This document shows positions 12,136-27,689 of a DNA stretch of 64,000 bases, one piece after another (position 1 is the first letter of the stretch; every line of letters begins with the position of its first letter). The DNA comes from Eledone cirrhosa (taxonomy: Eukaryota). The stretch is from positions 36,146,001 through 36,210,000 of the forward strand of contig OZ024750.1 in the NCBI GenBank assembly GCA_964016885.1. Reading direction: 5' to 3'. The translations under genes and the position numbers were made by a program. The notes under the pieces were generated by a model. It had not been told where the DNA came from. It was given only the letters and a program-made list of their open reading frames with translations, and made no database searches.

Positions 12136-13618
12136 AACAGGAAATATATCCAGTATTCTCAACTTTTGTACAGAAAACAACTATCAAAGAAATAATTTGA
12201 ATACAATTTACATAAGACTATATTATAGGTTTTCAACTTATATTTTAATGATGGAGACGAGATCAAACTATCTTTTGCAGTCAATATAGAAATAATTTCT
12301 AATATATTCAAATCTTTTAATCATATTCAGTTTATAATTTGCAAATCTGATTTCATTTTTGTTTAGTTTTTTTTCTCCAGTTCTCCAGACATCTTTTCCA
12401 GTTCTTATAAATTTTAGTTAATCACATACATCTGAATATAAGATGGTCTTAGGGGAATAAATATAAATAAATCTATATTGAAGATTTATATGGTAACTTT
12501 CAGTGTTTGTATTGTAATAAGTATCAAATTTAGTATTTTATTCATGCATAGAACTGAGTGTGCATCTGTTGACTTATTGAATATCAGTTGGAGTATGGAA
12601 TAGATAGTTTGTCTCTTATCTAATCAATTCCTCTTTCTTTTGAATTCTCAGAACATTGATGATACCAGAAACCTTTCAGCTTTTATCTTTTCTTCTATAT
12701 TTCTGATTTTCTAATAGAAATAATCACCTGCCACAAAATATTTCCAGCTTAATTTATTTTGATTGTTAATAAAGCTTTCCTTCAATCTTTTGCTCAGGCT
12801 TTAGAAGTCATTATAGAGTTTAAAATAAGGAATATAAATTAACAAAAGTAATACTGTAATATATTCATGTATTTGCTTATCCTTGAATCTGAAACAAAAC
12901 CAAACAAAAAAAAGCAACAAAAATAACAAAGAAGAAAGAAATATTTACAAATTTACATCTATAGAATTTATAGTTTAACCTTTAGTTCTCATTCTTGGGT
13001 TCATTGCCAGAAAGCTTAACATTCTTTCTATGTGTCTTTTCATGTATGGCAGTCATTGGAAGAAGAAAGACTTTGAAAGGAAATGAATGTATTATTGTGG
13101 AAAAGTGTGTTTCTAATGATAGGGGCATACTTTAATTTTGTAACAGCTGGTATACTAATGCTTCAGACAAGTGAAAAGTTATATATAGAAATTAATGTAT
13201 TGTTGATATATTAGGAAAATAAGGCAGAAAACTATTAAGAAAGACTTGAGAACCAAAGATAGAATATAATTTTTTTTTTAAGCACATTAGAAGATAGATG
13301 CATGAAAAAAAGTTTTCAAATTGGAAAAAGAAAGAAACATTTTATCGAGAATATGTTGGTATTCTATTAAAACCCTCAGTAAAGACATAGGGTCATTGGA
13401 TATGGTGATATCATCAATGCTATTAAGACATTTAATAAAGACATAGGTGTATTAATTCCAATTTCCCTATTTTCTGAATTCAACAAAGATAATTTAAATT
13501 GATTTTGTTTATCACACCTGTGTCTCATCAATGAATGACCTACATGATATATTTCACTATATAAAGTGGTTGGTGATAGGAAGGACATCCATATATATGC
13601 TAGTGGGAAAAATGGACA

Positions 13619-13847
13619 TTAACCCTTTAGCATTTAAACTGGTTGTGTCCGACCAGAATTCTCTCACCTTTTTCTGTACAAACCATCCGTAACCGGCCAC
13701 TCATACTTATGTTAAGGTACTGTTCTCAAAATAAATAACACCAAAATCTCGTAGATTCGATATCATGTGAGATAACTATGTAAGATAAGCCTTTACCACA
13801 AAAATAAAAATCATATATATAGAGTAATGTAAATGATAATGGGTTAA
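13619..13847. mobile_element. TTAA-flanked piggyBac-like MITE
   Basis: TTAACCCTTTAGCATTTA ... TAAATGATAATGGGTTAA imperfect terminal inverted repeats, about 225 bp. Confidence 0.82.
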
Positions 13848-13854
13848 ATGGTGA

Positions 13855-14180
13855 TATACCTGCCATCAGGCATCTACCATACTCTGATCGCCTTGCTTCC
13901 CTGGGCATGAATACATTAAAGCTCCAACGTCTGGCAATTGACTTCGTAGACACCCACAAGATTATTAACCATCTTTCCTGCAACAACCCTGGGCACCTTT
14001 TTCAATTCTGTGTCTAACACCCATGGGCATGCTTACAAAATCAGAAAATAGTACAGCTCCCATGATGTTTGGAAACATTTTTTCACGCTCAGAGTTGCTG
14101 AAGCATGGAACAAACTACCTGCATCAGTTGTTAGCTGTCAGGATACTACATCCTTCAAAACTTCCATTCTTCCAGAAATT
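13855..14180 (+). mobile_element. CR1-clade LINE ORF2 3' fragment (decayed)
   Basis: LPYSDRLASLGMNTL...HGHAYKIRK...FFTLRVAEAWNKLP; same family as 54690-55075. Confidence 0.85.
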
Positions 14181-14187
14181 ATTATTA

Positions 14188-14833
14188 TCTGTAAATTAAA
14201 GGTGGAAAACTGGGAGAGGGCACTTGCCCTGGTGGTCAGGGTCACTGTGGCCTTTTAATGGGCTTTCTCCACAAATGTCCCTCTGAAGTCTCCCCCCTAT
14301 TGGGGAATTTTTCATTGTTATTTTTTTATTACATCCTCTGTTTTTGTTTTTTATCTGTCTGGTGGCCATGGCGAAAGAGATAGTATGGTGGACACGTTTG
14401 AAAGGGCTGAAACGAGCACTTACCTCTTCGGTGATGCCCTGATTAACTTTTTCAAATTTCATTTGAAAAGGAAAATCAGGGTAGAGAGGGAAGTGCTCTC
14501 TTCCCAGCATTTTGTTGAAAGATGGGTGAGAGAGGCAAGAATGGCCTGAGTGAATGGGCCTACTCTGAGTATGTGTCTGTAAAATAAAGGTGGAAAACTG
14601 GGAGAGGGCACTTGCCCTGGTGGTCAGGGTCACTGTGGCTTTTTAATGGGCTTTCTCCACGAATGTCCCTCGGAAGTCTCCCCCCTATTGGGGAATTTTT
14701 TCATTGTTCTATTATTACATCCTTTGTTTTTTGTTGTTTTACACGCAGAAATGCCCTTTTGTACCATCCTGTATTGTCCTGTACTATCCTTAATGTCTAC
14801 TTTGTGTAAACCCTTGTGGTTAATAAAGAAAGC
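14188..14833 (+). mobile_element. Tx1-like LINE 3' end with a duplicated 3' UTR block
   Basis: ICLVAMAKEIVWWTRLKGL...LINFFKFHLKRKIRVEREVLSSQHFVERW; block of about 160 bp repeated at 14188-14350 and 14576-14740; AATAAA at end. Confidence 0.7.
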
Positions 14834-15096
14834 ATTCTGGCCTTGTGCCTAATGTAGAAACAATTATTATTATTATTATTATTATTATTGTTATTATATA
14901 TAAGGGCAGAAAGGGCTATTTATTTGAGTGAATACCTGACAGTCTCCCTAGTGCTGGTGCCATGAGAAAATGTAGCCATTATTCTCTATAAACTGTAGAA
15001 ACATGAGAATAATATGTCCCCTGGCCTGCCTTTAGAAACAATAGCTCAGATTGACTCCTGACTTAGTCTGTGATGTTAAATGATGCTGATGATGAT

Positions 15097-15288
15097 AATT
15101 GTTTCTATATTTCGCACAAGGCCAGCAATTATCCCAGCGTATTACTGGTGATTTATTTTATCGACCCCGTAAGGATGAAAGGCAAAGTTAACCTCGGCGG
15201 GATTTGAACTCAGACCATAAAGGGACGTAACTCTTTGCTGCAAAGCATGGCGTCCGATGTTCTACCGATACTGCCAATCCACCGCCCT
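15097..15288 (-). mobile_element. SINE family B, full length
   Basis: Reverse complement of family B consensus. Confidence 0.88.
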
Positions 15289-15625
15289 TGATGATGATGA
15301 TGATAATGGTGATAATTATGATGGCGATGATGTTGATGAGGGTGGTGGTGATGATGATGATGATTTTTGGTGGTGATGGCAGTGATGATGATGGTGGTGG
15401 TGGTGGTGATGGTGATGGTGGTGGTGATGATTGTGATTGTGATGGTGGTGATAATGAAGATGGTGATGATAATGATGATGATGATGGTGGTGATGGTGAT
15501 GATGGTGGTGATGGTGATGATGGTGGTGATGATGGTGATGGTGATGATAATTATGATGATGATGATGGTGATGGTTGTGATGGTGATGGTGATGATGATG
15601 ATGGTGATGATTTTAATGATGATAA
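15288..15625. repeat. (GAT/GGT)n microsatellite
   Basis: Direct observation. Confidence 0.95.
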
Positions 15626-15961
15626 AGTCGTCTATAACCATTAAGTTTCTTCTATGACAACTTAGCAGCTTCCTATCAAATAAGATGTACTATTATTCTA
15701 CTAGATAAATATTGAGATCAAATTTTATACAACACAAGCACTGAACAAATGGTTTTGGTAATGTTAAAACAGGTTATTTCTCAGAATTCTCACTGATTCC
15801 CCCACTAGGTGTCTCTCTCTTTCAAATAAAACACTTGAAAAAAATCAAATCTCAAAAGAAACTTCCTGATATGAACAGTTCTTATATACTCTATTAATCT
15901 TTGCTTTTCCTTTTCCCTGATGTCACCATTGTCTGCAACAGAAAATTCTTGCAGAAAAATC

Positions 15962-16940
<979 letters not shown>

Positions 16941-17026
16941 TAACATTCCATATTTAGGCATCCAGATTAATGGTTTTTATATACCAACTAGATATCATTG
17001 TGTCTTTCAGCTTACAATAGAAATGA

Positions 17027-18258
17027 TTTGGATACATCAATAATTTGTAGACATCAATAATTTGTAGACATCAATAATTTGTAGACATCAATAATTTGTA
17101 GACATCAGTAATTTGTAGACATCAATAATTTGTAGACATCAATAATTTGTAGACATCAATAATTTGTAGACATCAATAATTTGTAGACATCAATAATTTG
17201 TAGATATCAATAATTTGGATACATCAATAATTTGTAGACATCAATAATTTGTAGACATCAATAATTTGTAGACATCAATAATTTGTAGACATCAATAATT
17301 TGGTAGACATCAATAATTTGTAGACATCAATAATTTGTAGACATCAATAATTTGGAGACATCAATAATTTGTAGACATCAATAATTTGTAGACATCAATA
17401 ATTTGGATACATCAATAAGTTGTAGACATCAATAATTTGTAGACATCAATAATTTGGATACATCAATAATTTGTAGACATCAATAATTTGAATACATCAA
17501 TAATTTGTAGACATCAATAATTTGGATACATCAATAATTTGTAGACATCAATAATTTGGATACATCAATAATTTGGATACATCAATAATTTGGATAATCA
17601 ATAATTTGGATAATCAATAATTTGGATACATCAATAATTTGTAGACATCAATAATTTGTAGACATCAATAATTTGTAGACCTCAATAATTTGGATACATC
17701 AATAATTTGGATACATCAATAATTTGTAGACATCAATAATTTGTAGACATCAATAATTTGGAAACATCAATAATTTGTAGACATCAATAATTTGTAGACA
17801 TCAATAATTTGTAGACATCAATAATTTGGATACATCAATAATTTGTAGACATCAATAATTTGGATACATCAATAATTTGTAGACATCAATAATTTGTAGA
17901 CATCAATAATTTGGAAACATCAATAATTTGTAGACATCAATAATTTGTAGACATCAATAATTTGTAGACATCAATAATTTGGATACATCAATAATTTGTA
18001 GACATCAATAATTTGGATACATCAATAATTTGTAGACATCAATAATTTGTAGACATCAATAATTTGGATACATCAATAATTTGTAGACATCAATAATTTG
18101 TAGACATCAATAATTTGGATACATCAATAATTTGGAGATATCAATAATTTGGAGACATTAATAATTTGGATACATCAATAATTTGTAGACATCAATAATT
18201 TGTAGACATCAATAATTTGTAGATATCAATCATTTGTAGACATCAATAATTTGTAGAC
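17027..18258. repeat. 17-bp satellite (ACATCAATAATTTGTAG)n, about 72 copies
   Basis: GTAG/GGAT variants interspersed. Confidence 0.97.
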
Positions 18259-18315
18259 TAGTGGAGACTAATACTGTAAATTAAAGAGGATTGTGGTAGG
18301 AAAGTTAATAGCAAT

Positions 18316-18505
18316 AATTGTTTCTAATTTTTGGCACAAGGCCAGCAATTACCCAGTACATTACTGGTACTTTATTTTATCGACCCTGTAAGGATGAAAG
18401 GCAAATTTAACCTCGACGGAATTTGAACTCAGAATGGCAAGGGCCGTAACTCTATGCGTCAAATCATGGCGTCCGACCCTCTACCGATACTGCCAATCCA
18501 CAGCC
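18316..18505 (-). mobile_element. SINE family B with target-site duplication
   Basis: TTAATAGCAATAAT on both sides (about 18305 and 18512). Confidence 0.88.
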
Positions 18506-18694
18506 CCTTGTTTAATAGCAATAATGAATGTTTGGGGTTTATGGAGAAGAGGGACAAGGCAAAGAAGATTGAAATATTAATATGAAGGAGAACATTTCCA
18601 GTAGGAAGTGAAGAAGAGAAACTTCTTTACATGTCACACTTAAGACATCTAAAAAACAACAAAGAAAACTTTCAACAGATAACGAAAAATAACA

Positions 18695-21600
18695 AACTGA
18701 CACACAGACACATACATTGACTCAGACCCACACAGACACACACACACACACGCACACAGACACACAGACTGTGGCACACAGAGACACACACACAGACACA
18801 CACAGACACACACACACACGCAGACACAGAGACAGAGACTGTGGCACACAGAGACACACACACAGACACAAAGACTGGCACACACTGCCACACAGACACA
18901 TACATTGACTCAGACCCACACAGACACACACACACACACACACAGACACAGAGACTGTGGCACACAGACACACACACAGACACACACACACACGCAGACA
19001 CAGGCACAGAGACTGTGGCACACAGAGACACACACACAGACACACACAGACACACACACACACGCAGACACAGAGACAGAGACTGTGGCACACAGAGACA
19101 CACACACAGACACAAAGACTGGCACACACTGACACACAGACACATACATTGACTCAGACCCACACAGACACACACACACACACACACAGACACAGAGACT
19201 GTGGCACACAGACACACACACAGACACACACACACACGCAGACACAGGCACAGAGACTGTGGCACACAGAGACACACACACAGACACACACACACATGCA
19301 GACACAGACACAGAGACTGTGGCACACAGAGACACACACACAGACACACACACACACGCAGACACAGAGACTGTGGCACACAGAGACACACACACAGACA
19401 CACATACTGTGGTACACACTGACACACAGACACATACATTGACTCAGACCCACACACACACACACAGACACAGACACTGTGGCACACAGACACACACACA
19501 CAGATACAGACACACACACACACGCAGACACAGACACACTGACACAGACACAGAGACTGTGGCATACACTGACACACACAGACACAGAAACTGTGACACA
19601 CAGACACACACACATACACACAGGCACAAAGACTGTGGCACACACAGACACACAGACTGTGGCACACACAGACACACACACACAGACACAAAGAATGTGG
19701 CACACACTGACACACACAGGGGCACAAAGAATGTGACACAGACTGACACACTGACACAGACACATAGACTGTGACACACTGACACACACACTGACACACA
19801 CAGACACACACACAGACACAGAGACACATAGACTGTGGCACACACAGACACAGAGACACATAGACTGTGGCACACACAGACACACACACACACATAGACT
19901 GTGGCACACACTGACACACATACAGACACAGAGACACAGACAGTGACACATACTGACACACACACAGACACAGAGACACATACACACACACACTGACACA
20001 CACACAGACACACACACACAAGCTATGGCACACCGTGACACACAGTCACACAGACACACACCCACACACACACACACAGAGACACACACATACAGACACA
20101 AAGATTGTGGCACACACTGACACACAGTCACACACACATAGTCACACACACACAGACACACAGACTGTGGAACATACTGACAGAGACAGAGACAGACACA
20201 CACAGAGACAGACACACACAGAGACAGACACACACAGAGACTGACACACACAGAGACTGACACACACAGACAGACACACACAAAGACAGACACACACAAA
20301 GACAGACACACACAAAGACAGACACACACAAAGACAGAAACTCACAGAGACAGACACACACAAAGACAGACACACATAGAGACAGACACACACAGAGACA
20401 GACACACACAGAGACAGACACACACAGAGACAGGCACACACAGAGACAGGCACACACAGAGACAGACACACACAGACAGACACACACAGAGACAGACACA
20501 CACAGAGACAGACACACACAGAGACAGACACACACAGAGACAGACACACACAGAGACAGACACACACACAGAGACAGACACACACACATACACAGACACA
20601 CACACAGACACAGACACACACACAGACACAGACACACACACAGACACAGACACACACACAGAGACACACACTCAGAGACAGACACACTCAGAGACAGACA
20701 CACACACATACACACACAGAGACAGACACACACACAGAGACAGACACACACAGAGACAGACACACACACAGAGACAGACACACACACAGAGACAGACACA
20801 CACACAGAGACAGACACACACACAGAGACAGACAGAGACAGAGACAGACACAGAGACAGACTCACACAGAGACAGACACACACAGAGACAGACACACACA
20901 GAGACAGACACACACACAGAGACAGACACACACAGAGACAGACACACACACAGAGACAGACACACACACAGAGACAGACACACACACAGAGACAGACACA
21001 CACACAGAGACAGACAGAGACAGAGACAGACACAGAGACAGACTCACACAGAGACAGACACACACAGAGACAGACACACACAGAGACAGACACACACAGA
21101 GACAGACACACACACAGAGACAGACACACACAGAGACAGACACACACAGAGACAGACACAGAGACAAAGACAGACACAGACACACACAGAGACAGACACA
21201 CACAGAGACAGACACACACAGAGACTGACACACACAGACAGACACACACTCAGAGACAGACACACACACAGAGACAGACACACACACAGAGACAGACACA
21301 CACACAGAGACAGACACAGAGACAGACACACACAGAGACAGACACGCACAGAGACAGACACACACAGAGACTGACACACACAGAGACTGACAAACACAGA
21401 GACAGACACACACAGAGACAGACACACACAGAGACAGAAACACACACACACAGAGACAGACACACACACACACAGAGACAGACACACACACAGAGACAGA
21501 CACACACAGTCAGACACACACACAGAAAACAGACACACACAGAGACAGACACACACGGAGACAGACACACACGGAGACAGACACACACGGAGACAGACAC

Positions 21601-24545
21601 ACACAGAGACAGATACACACGGAGACAGACACACATGGAGACAGACACACTCGGAGACAGACACACTCAGAGACAGACACACACAGAGACAGACACACAC
21701 AGAGACAGACACACACAGAGACAGACACACACACAGAGACAGACACACACACAGAGACAGACACACACAGAGACAGACACACACAGACAGACACACCCAG
21801 GGACAGACACACACAGACAGACACACACAGAGACAGACACACACAGAGACAGACACACACAGAGACAGACACACACACAGAGACAGACACACACACAGAC
21901 ACAGACACACACACAGACACAGACACACACACAGACACAGACACACACACAGACACAGACACACACACAGAGACACACACTCAGAGACAGACACACTCAG
22001 AGACAGACACACACACAGAGACAGACACACACAGAGACAGACACACACACAGAGACAGACACAGAGACAGACACACACAGAGACAGACACACACAGAGAC
22101 TGACACACACAGAGACTGACACACACAGAGACAGACACACACAGAGACAGACACACACAGAGAAAGACACACACAGAGACAGACACACACAGAGACTGAC
22201 ACACACAGAGACTGACACACACACACACACAGAGACAGACACACACACACACAGAGACAGACACACACACAGAGACAGACACACACACAGAGACAGACAC
22301 ACACACAGAGACAGACACAGAGACAGACTCACACAGAGACAGACACACACAGAGACAGACACACACAGAGACAGACACACACAGAGACAGACACACACAC
22401 AGAGACAGACACACACAGAGACAGACACACACAGAGACAGACACAGAGACAGAGACAGACACACACACAGAGACAGACACACACAGAGACAGACACACAC
22501 AGAGACAGACACACACAGAGACTGACACACACAGACAGACACACACTCAGAGACAGACACACACACAGAGACAGACACACACACAGAGACAGACACACAC
22601 ACAGAGACAGACACAGAGACAGCCACACACAGAGACAGACACGCACAGAGACAGACACACACAGAGACTGACACACACAGAGACTGACACACACAGAGAC
22701 AGACATACACAGAGACAGACACACACAGAGACAGACACACACAGAGACAGACACACACAGAGACTGACACACACAGAGACAGACACACACAGAGACAGAC
22801 ACACACAGAGACAGACACACACAGAGACTGACACACACAGAGACTGACACACACAGAGACATTCACACACAGAGACAGACACACACAGAGACAGACACAC
22901 ACAGAGACAGACACACACAGAGACAGACACACACTCAGAGACAGACACACACTCAGAGACAGACACACACATAGACAGACACACTCAGAGACAGACACAC
23001 ACTCAGAGACAGACACACACACAGAGACAGACACACACACAGAGACAGACACAGAGACAGCCACACACAGAGACAGACACGCACAGAGACAGACACACAC
23101 AGAGACTGACACACACAGAGACTGACACACACAGAGACAGACACACACAGAGACAGACACACACAGAGACAGACACACACAGAGACAGACACACACAGAG
23201 ACTGACACACACAGAGACAGACACACACAGAGACAGACACACACAGAGACAGACACACACAGAGACTGACACACACAGAGACTGACACACACAGAGACAG
23301 ACACACACAGAGACAGACACACACTCAGAGACAGACACACACTCAGAGACAGACACACACAGAGACAGACACACTCAGAGACAGACACACACTCAGCGAC
23401 AGACACACACTCAGAGACAGATACACACTCAGAGACAGACACACACAGACAGACACACACAGAGACAGACACACTCGGAGACAGACACACACAGAGACAG
23501 ACACACACACACACAGAGACAGACACACACACAGAGACAGACACACACACAGAGACAGACACACACAGACAGACACACACACAGAAAACAGACACACACA
23601 GAGACAGACACACACGGAGACAGACACACACGGAGACAGACACACACGGAGACAGACACACACAGAGACAGATACACACGGAGACAGACACACATGGAGA
23701 CAGACACACTCGGAGACAGACACACTCAGAGACAGACACACACAGAGACAGACACACACAGAGACAGACACACACAGAGACAGACACACACACAGAGACA
23801 GACACACACACAGAGACAGACACACACAGAGACAGACACACACAGACAGACACACCCAGGGACAGACACACACAGACAGACACACACAGAGACAGACACA
23901 CACAGAGACAGACACACACAGAGACAGACACACACACAGAGACAGACACACACACAGACACAGACACACACACAGACACAGACACACACACAGACACAGA
24001 CACACACACAGACACAGACACACACACAGAGACAGATACACACTCAGAGACAGACACACACAGACAGACACACACAGAGACAGACACACTCGGAGACAGA
24101 CACACACAGAGACAGACACACACACACACAGAGACAGACACACACACAGAGACAGACACACACACAGAGACAGACACACACAGACAGACACACACACAGA
24201 AAACAGACACACACAGAGACAGACACACACGGAGACAGACACACACGGAGACAGACACACACGGAGACAGACACACACAGAGACAGACACACACAGAGAC
24301 AGACACACACAGAGACAGACACACACAGAGACAGACACACACACAGAGACAGATACACAGAGACAGACACACACACAGAGACAGACACACACACAGAGAC
24401 AGACACACAGAGAGACAGACACACACAAAGAGACAGACACACACAAAGAGACAGACACACACAAAGAGACAGACACACACAAAGAGACAGACACACACAA
24501 AGAGACACACACACAAAGAGACAGACACACACAGAGACAGACATA
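18695..24545. repeat. about 5.8-kb CA/GA-rich compound satellite with higher-order duplications
   Basis: GACTGTGGCAC-punctuated left domain; (GAGACAGACACACACA)n right domain. Confidence 0.97.
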
Positions 24546-25261
24546 CTGAGACAGCTTAATTACAGGAAAACATTGCTCTCTCTATTTTATCACAGATAAA
24601 ACTGTTGTTTATAAGATCATCAATGGAGTAGTTTTACTAAACATTATGTTAATAGAAAGAAAACAATGTATTAATTAACTAATAGAAAGAGAATATATGA
24701 TAAGAAACTACATTGATTTAATAATTCTTAACTTCTTCAATAAATAATTTTGGCTAAATAAATTGCATCTCTATTGAATTTTTGTAAAAACCCAAATAAG
24801 ATATTGAGGTTTCCTATCTATAAACATCATTGAATATATTTTTTATTTCACTTTTTATTGCATAATGTTTGTATATTAACAGATAGCCCCCCCCCCCCCC
24901 CCCCCGAAACAATGAAATATTTTGCCTTATTTTGACTAGATGTCAAGGAAAGGGAGAATATGTATGGTACTAATAATATTTCCATATTTTTTTTTTTATA
25001 TAAAATATTAATTTTCTTTTTTTGTCTAAGAATATAAGATTTCATATTCAAATTTTTTGAGGTAAGAATTAGATTTATGAATAAGTATTTTTTCAATGCA
25101 TGATATATCGTAGGACTTTACCATAAATTCAATGTTAAGACTTTGTAATTTATGTAAATTTCTGTTGCTTTGAATATAGTTATAACCCCCCCCCCCAAAA
25201 AAAAAATGTGTTTGATATTATGACTATGGTAATGCTAGAGCATCAATTTCATATATATATA

Positions 25262-25305
<44 letters not shown>

Positions 25306-25306
<1 letters not shown>

Positions 25307-25420
25307 GTTATTCCGGGTTGAATAGGAGGTAACCACAGTAAGTAAGGTACTCAATACATAGCAGAGTATAAAAGTTTTAATATAGAAGAGCTTCTACAGG
25401 ACTAGAACTGTTTCATTCGT
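25306..25420 (-). mobile_element. truncated Penelope-type terminal module next to (TA)n
   Basis: Minus strand GAAACAGTTCTA remnant, TTGAGTAC box at 25347-25354, abuts (TA)n; cut by SINE A at 25421. Confidence 0.5.
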
Positions 25421-25761
25421 GAGCATGGCTTAGTGGTTAGACCATTGGGTTTGCAATAAAAAGGTTGTGAGTTCAATTCTCAGACCGGGTGATGTGTTGT
25501 TTCCTTGAGCAAGACACTTTATTTCACATTGCTCCAGTTTACTCAGCTGTAGAAATGAGATGATAGGGACTGAGGTTCAAATCAAGCCACTGCAAAGTGG
25601 TTGTGTAGGTGCCACGGCAAAAAAGCACCCAGCACTCACTGTAAATGAGGTTGGTGTTAGGAAGGGCATCCAGCTGTAGAAATCAAGCCAGAATCAGTTC
25701 CCGTCCCACCCTTGCAAGCAGGGAAAAAGCGGACGTAAAATGAAATGATGATGATGATGAT
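25421..25761 (+). mobile_element. SINE family A
   Basis: Head, CORE block, RTE-like tail and (ATG)n. Confidence 0.9.
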
Positions 25762-25901
25762 ATATATATATATATATATGTCCTATGAATATGATAGGAA
25801 TTCTTTCTGTCAGAAGCATTGAAAATACTGGTTAAACATGTGTAATGATAAAGAAGAGAGGCACACATTGTTTCATTTGTCTCTCTCTATATTTTCATAT
25901 T

Positions 25902-26180
25902 CTAGGGCGGGTAAAATTCCCGAGATCCATGGACGAGTTCTCTCCAGCGGTCTCTGTCCCTCATTACCGCTGCCATGTCCTGCGTCTCCAACAGACAAGT
26001 GTCTGTCCTTAGGGCATCAACATACATTAACCTTGGTCTTCCTATTCCAGTGTGTCCATAAAGGGGCTCCCACAGGAGCACTGAGTGCAATGTCAACTCT
26101 GGATGCCGGTGAGCATGTCCAGCTAACCTCAGTCTCCTCTGTGTCACTTTTGAGCTGACTTTTGGGAGGCTCCCATACAG
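25902..26180 (-). mobile_element. RTE-like LINE 3' fragment
   Basis: QRRLRLAGHAHRHPE...LLWEP...GRPRLMYVDAL...MRDRDRWR; second copy at 50161-50405 (+). Confidence 0.85.
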
Positions 26181-26530
26181 CTCATATATATAACCTCATA
26201 TATATTTTCATATAGTGTAGTATATCTCTATTTTCATTGGTAAGATGAGATAGCTCAATGATCTTTACCACCTTCTGTTCTTCGGGAGCAAAAAACAGGA
26301 TGATTAAGGCCAGTTCACGTAGCAGAGCATTTAAAATTGAAAATTTGAAGAAAGCCAATTATATAAAATTATTATTTATTTATTGGTGGATTGGCAGTAT
26401 CAGTAGAGCATCTGGCAACTGGCCAGCATATCCCTAGAAAGACTTCACGCAGTATATATTATATGAGTGGGAGATATATCTTACAGTTGGCGTAGTAAAT
26501 AACTCATGTGACCACTTACATCTCCTGTAG

Positions 26531-26603
26531 ATTTTATCTGAAGAGAACATGTCGACTGATGTTATACAAAAGCCATACATCTTCGAAATACATATAATAA
26601 AAT
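26531..26603 (+). ncRNA. minimal type I hammerhead ribozyme (Penelope-type), core intact
   Basis: Stem I ATTTTAT/ATAAAAT; CTGAAGA; stem II GAACATGT/ACATCTTC; GAAA-TACATA-TA; predicted cleavage after 26596. Confidence 0.8.
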
Positions 26604-27188
26604 ATATAGGGATGGACAAACGTAACCGTCTTATTTGTTTATTATTATAACAAAACTTAGGATAAACATAAATCGTTGAGTGCTTTACATCTGTTATGTA
26701 AAAGTCGGCTGATTTTCAATCGACCAATTTTCTCTAATTGAATATATCTGTGTATGTGTGTGTGTGCGCTTGCTTACAGTATGTATGTATTGTGTTTGCT
26801 TTCTTCCCATCATCATTCCTATTTTAATATTAATGTCTCCATGCTAATATAGATTGGATGAGATTGACGGAAAACCTGTTGCTAGTGATCTTCATCTTGC
26901 TGTATCTTGCCATTTGAGAAGTCTATCACTTTCAGATATCACATCCTTACTTCCTCCATTGCTGTCAGCTCATAGCACTCTTATATCTGATACAAAATAT
27001 AATCTCTATTTATATATCTAAATTCTTATTTTTATTTCAAATGATGTCATTTATAAACAATATCATTATTGGTTATATGTTTACAGTGAGCCAATCACTG
27101 TTTCTCTGTATTTCCAATAGCAACAGAGACAATGGATTGTCTATGCAACTAAAGCAAAAGGTATTTTGATTTTTGAAAATCCCCAGCT

Positions 27189-27375
27189 TAACCCTTTAGC
27201 ATTTAAACCGACCATATCCGGCCAGAATTCTCTCACCTCTTTTTGTTCAAACCAGCTGTAACCAGCCACACATACTGATGTTAAGGTACTGTTCTCAAAA
27301 TAAATAATATCAAAATCTTGTAGATTCAATATTGTGTGAGAAAATATAATAGTAAATATAGAGTAATGTAAATAC
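27189..27375. mobile_element. piggyBac-like MITE, one end truncated
   Basis: TTAACCCTTTAGCATTTAAACC start; family-identical interior. Confidence 0.8.
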
Positions 27376-27689
27376 AGTTTTCATGGTGAATGAGATATGC
27401 ACACATACACACACGCACATATATTTGTAAATGCAAAAAGTAAATGATTGTCAAATATTTTTACCGGCAACTTAGCGATGGGTTTTTACCAGTTCATATT
27501 AAAAATGCAAAACAAAATAACTTTTCTCATGATGTCATCTTAATAGTCTTAGAATTCTACTGATAAATAGCGAGATATTAACCATTTTAAAAATTATTTT
27601 TCTAAGTTATCATATTGCTAGATTTCATTTAATTTTCAAAATAATCAGAATTTAGAGGGTAATACTAAAATAACTGTTTCAATTTATTT

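Noticed and set aside
18649-24599. Long Cys/Val/Ser and Thr/His/Gln ORFs up to 843 aa
   Set aside because: Translations of CA/GA satellite, open in many frames at once
26531-26621. Plus-strand exon candidate ILSEENMSTDV...
   Set aside because: Better explained as the hammerhead module; weak donor
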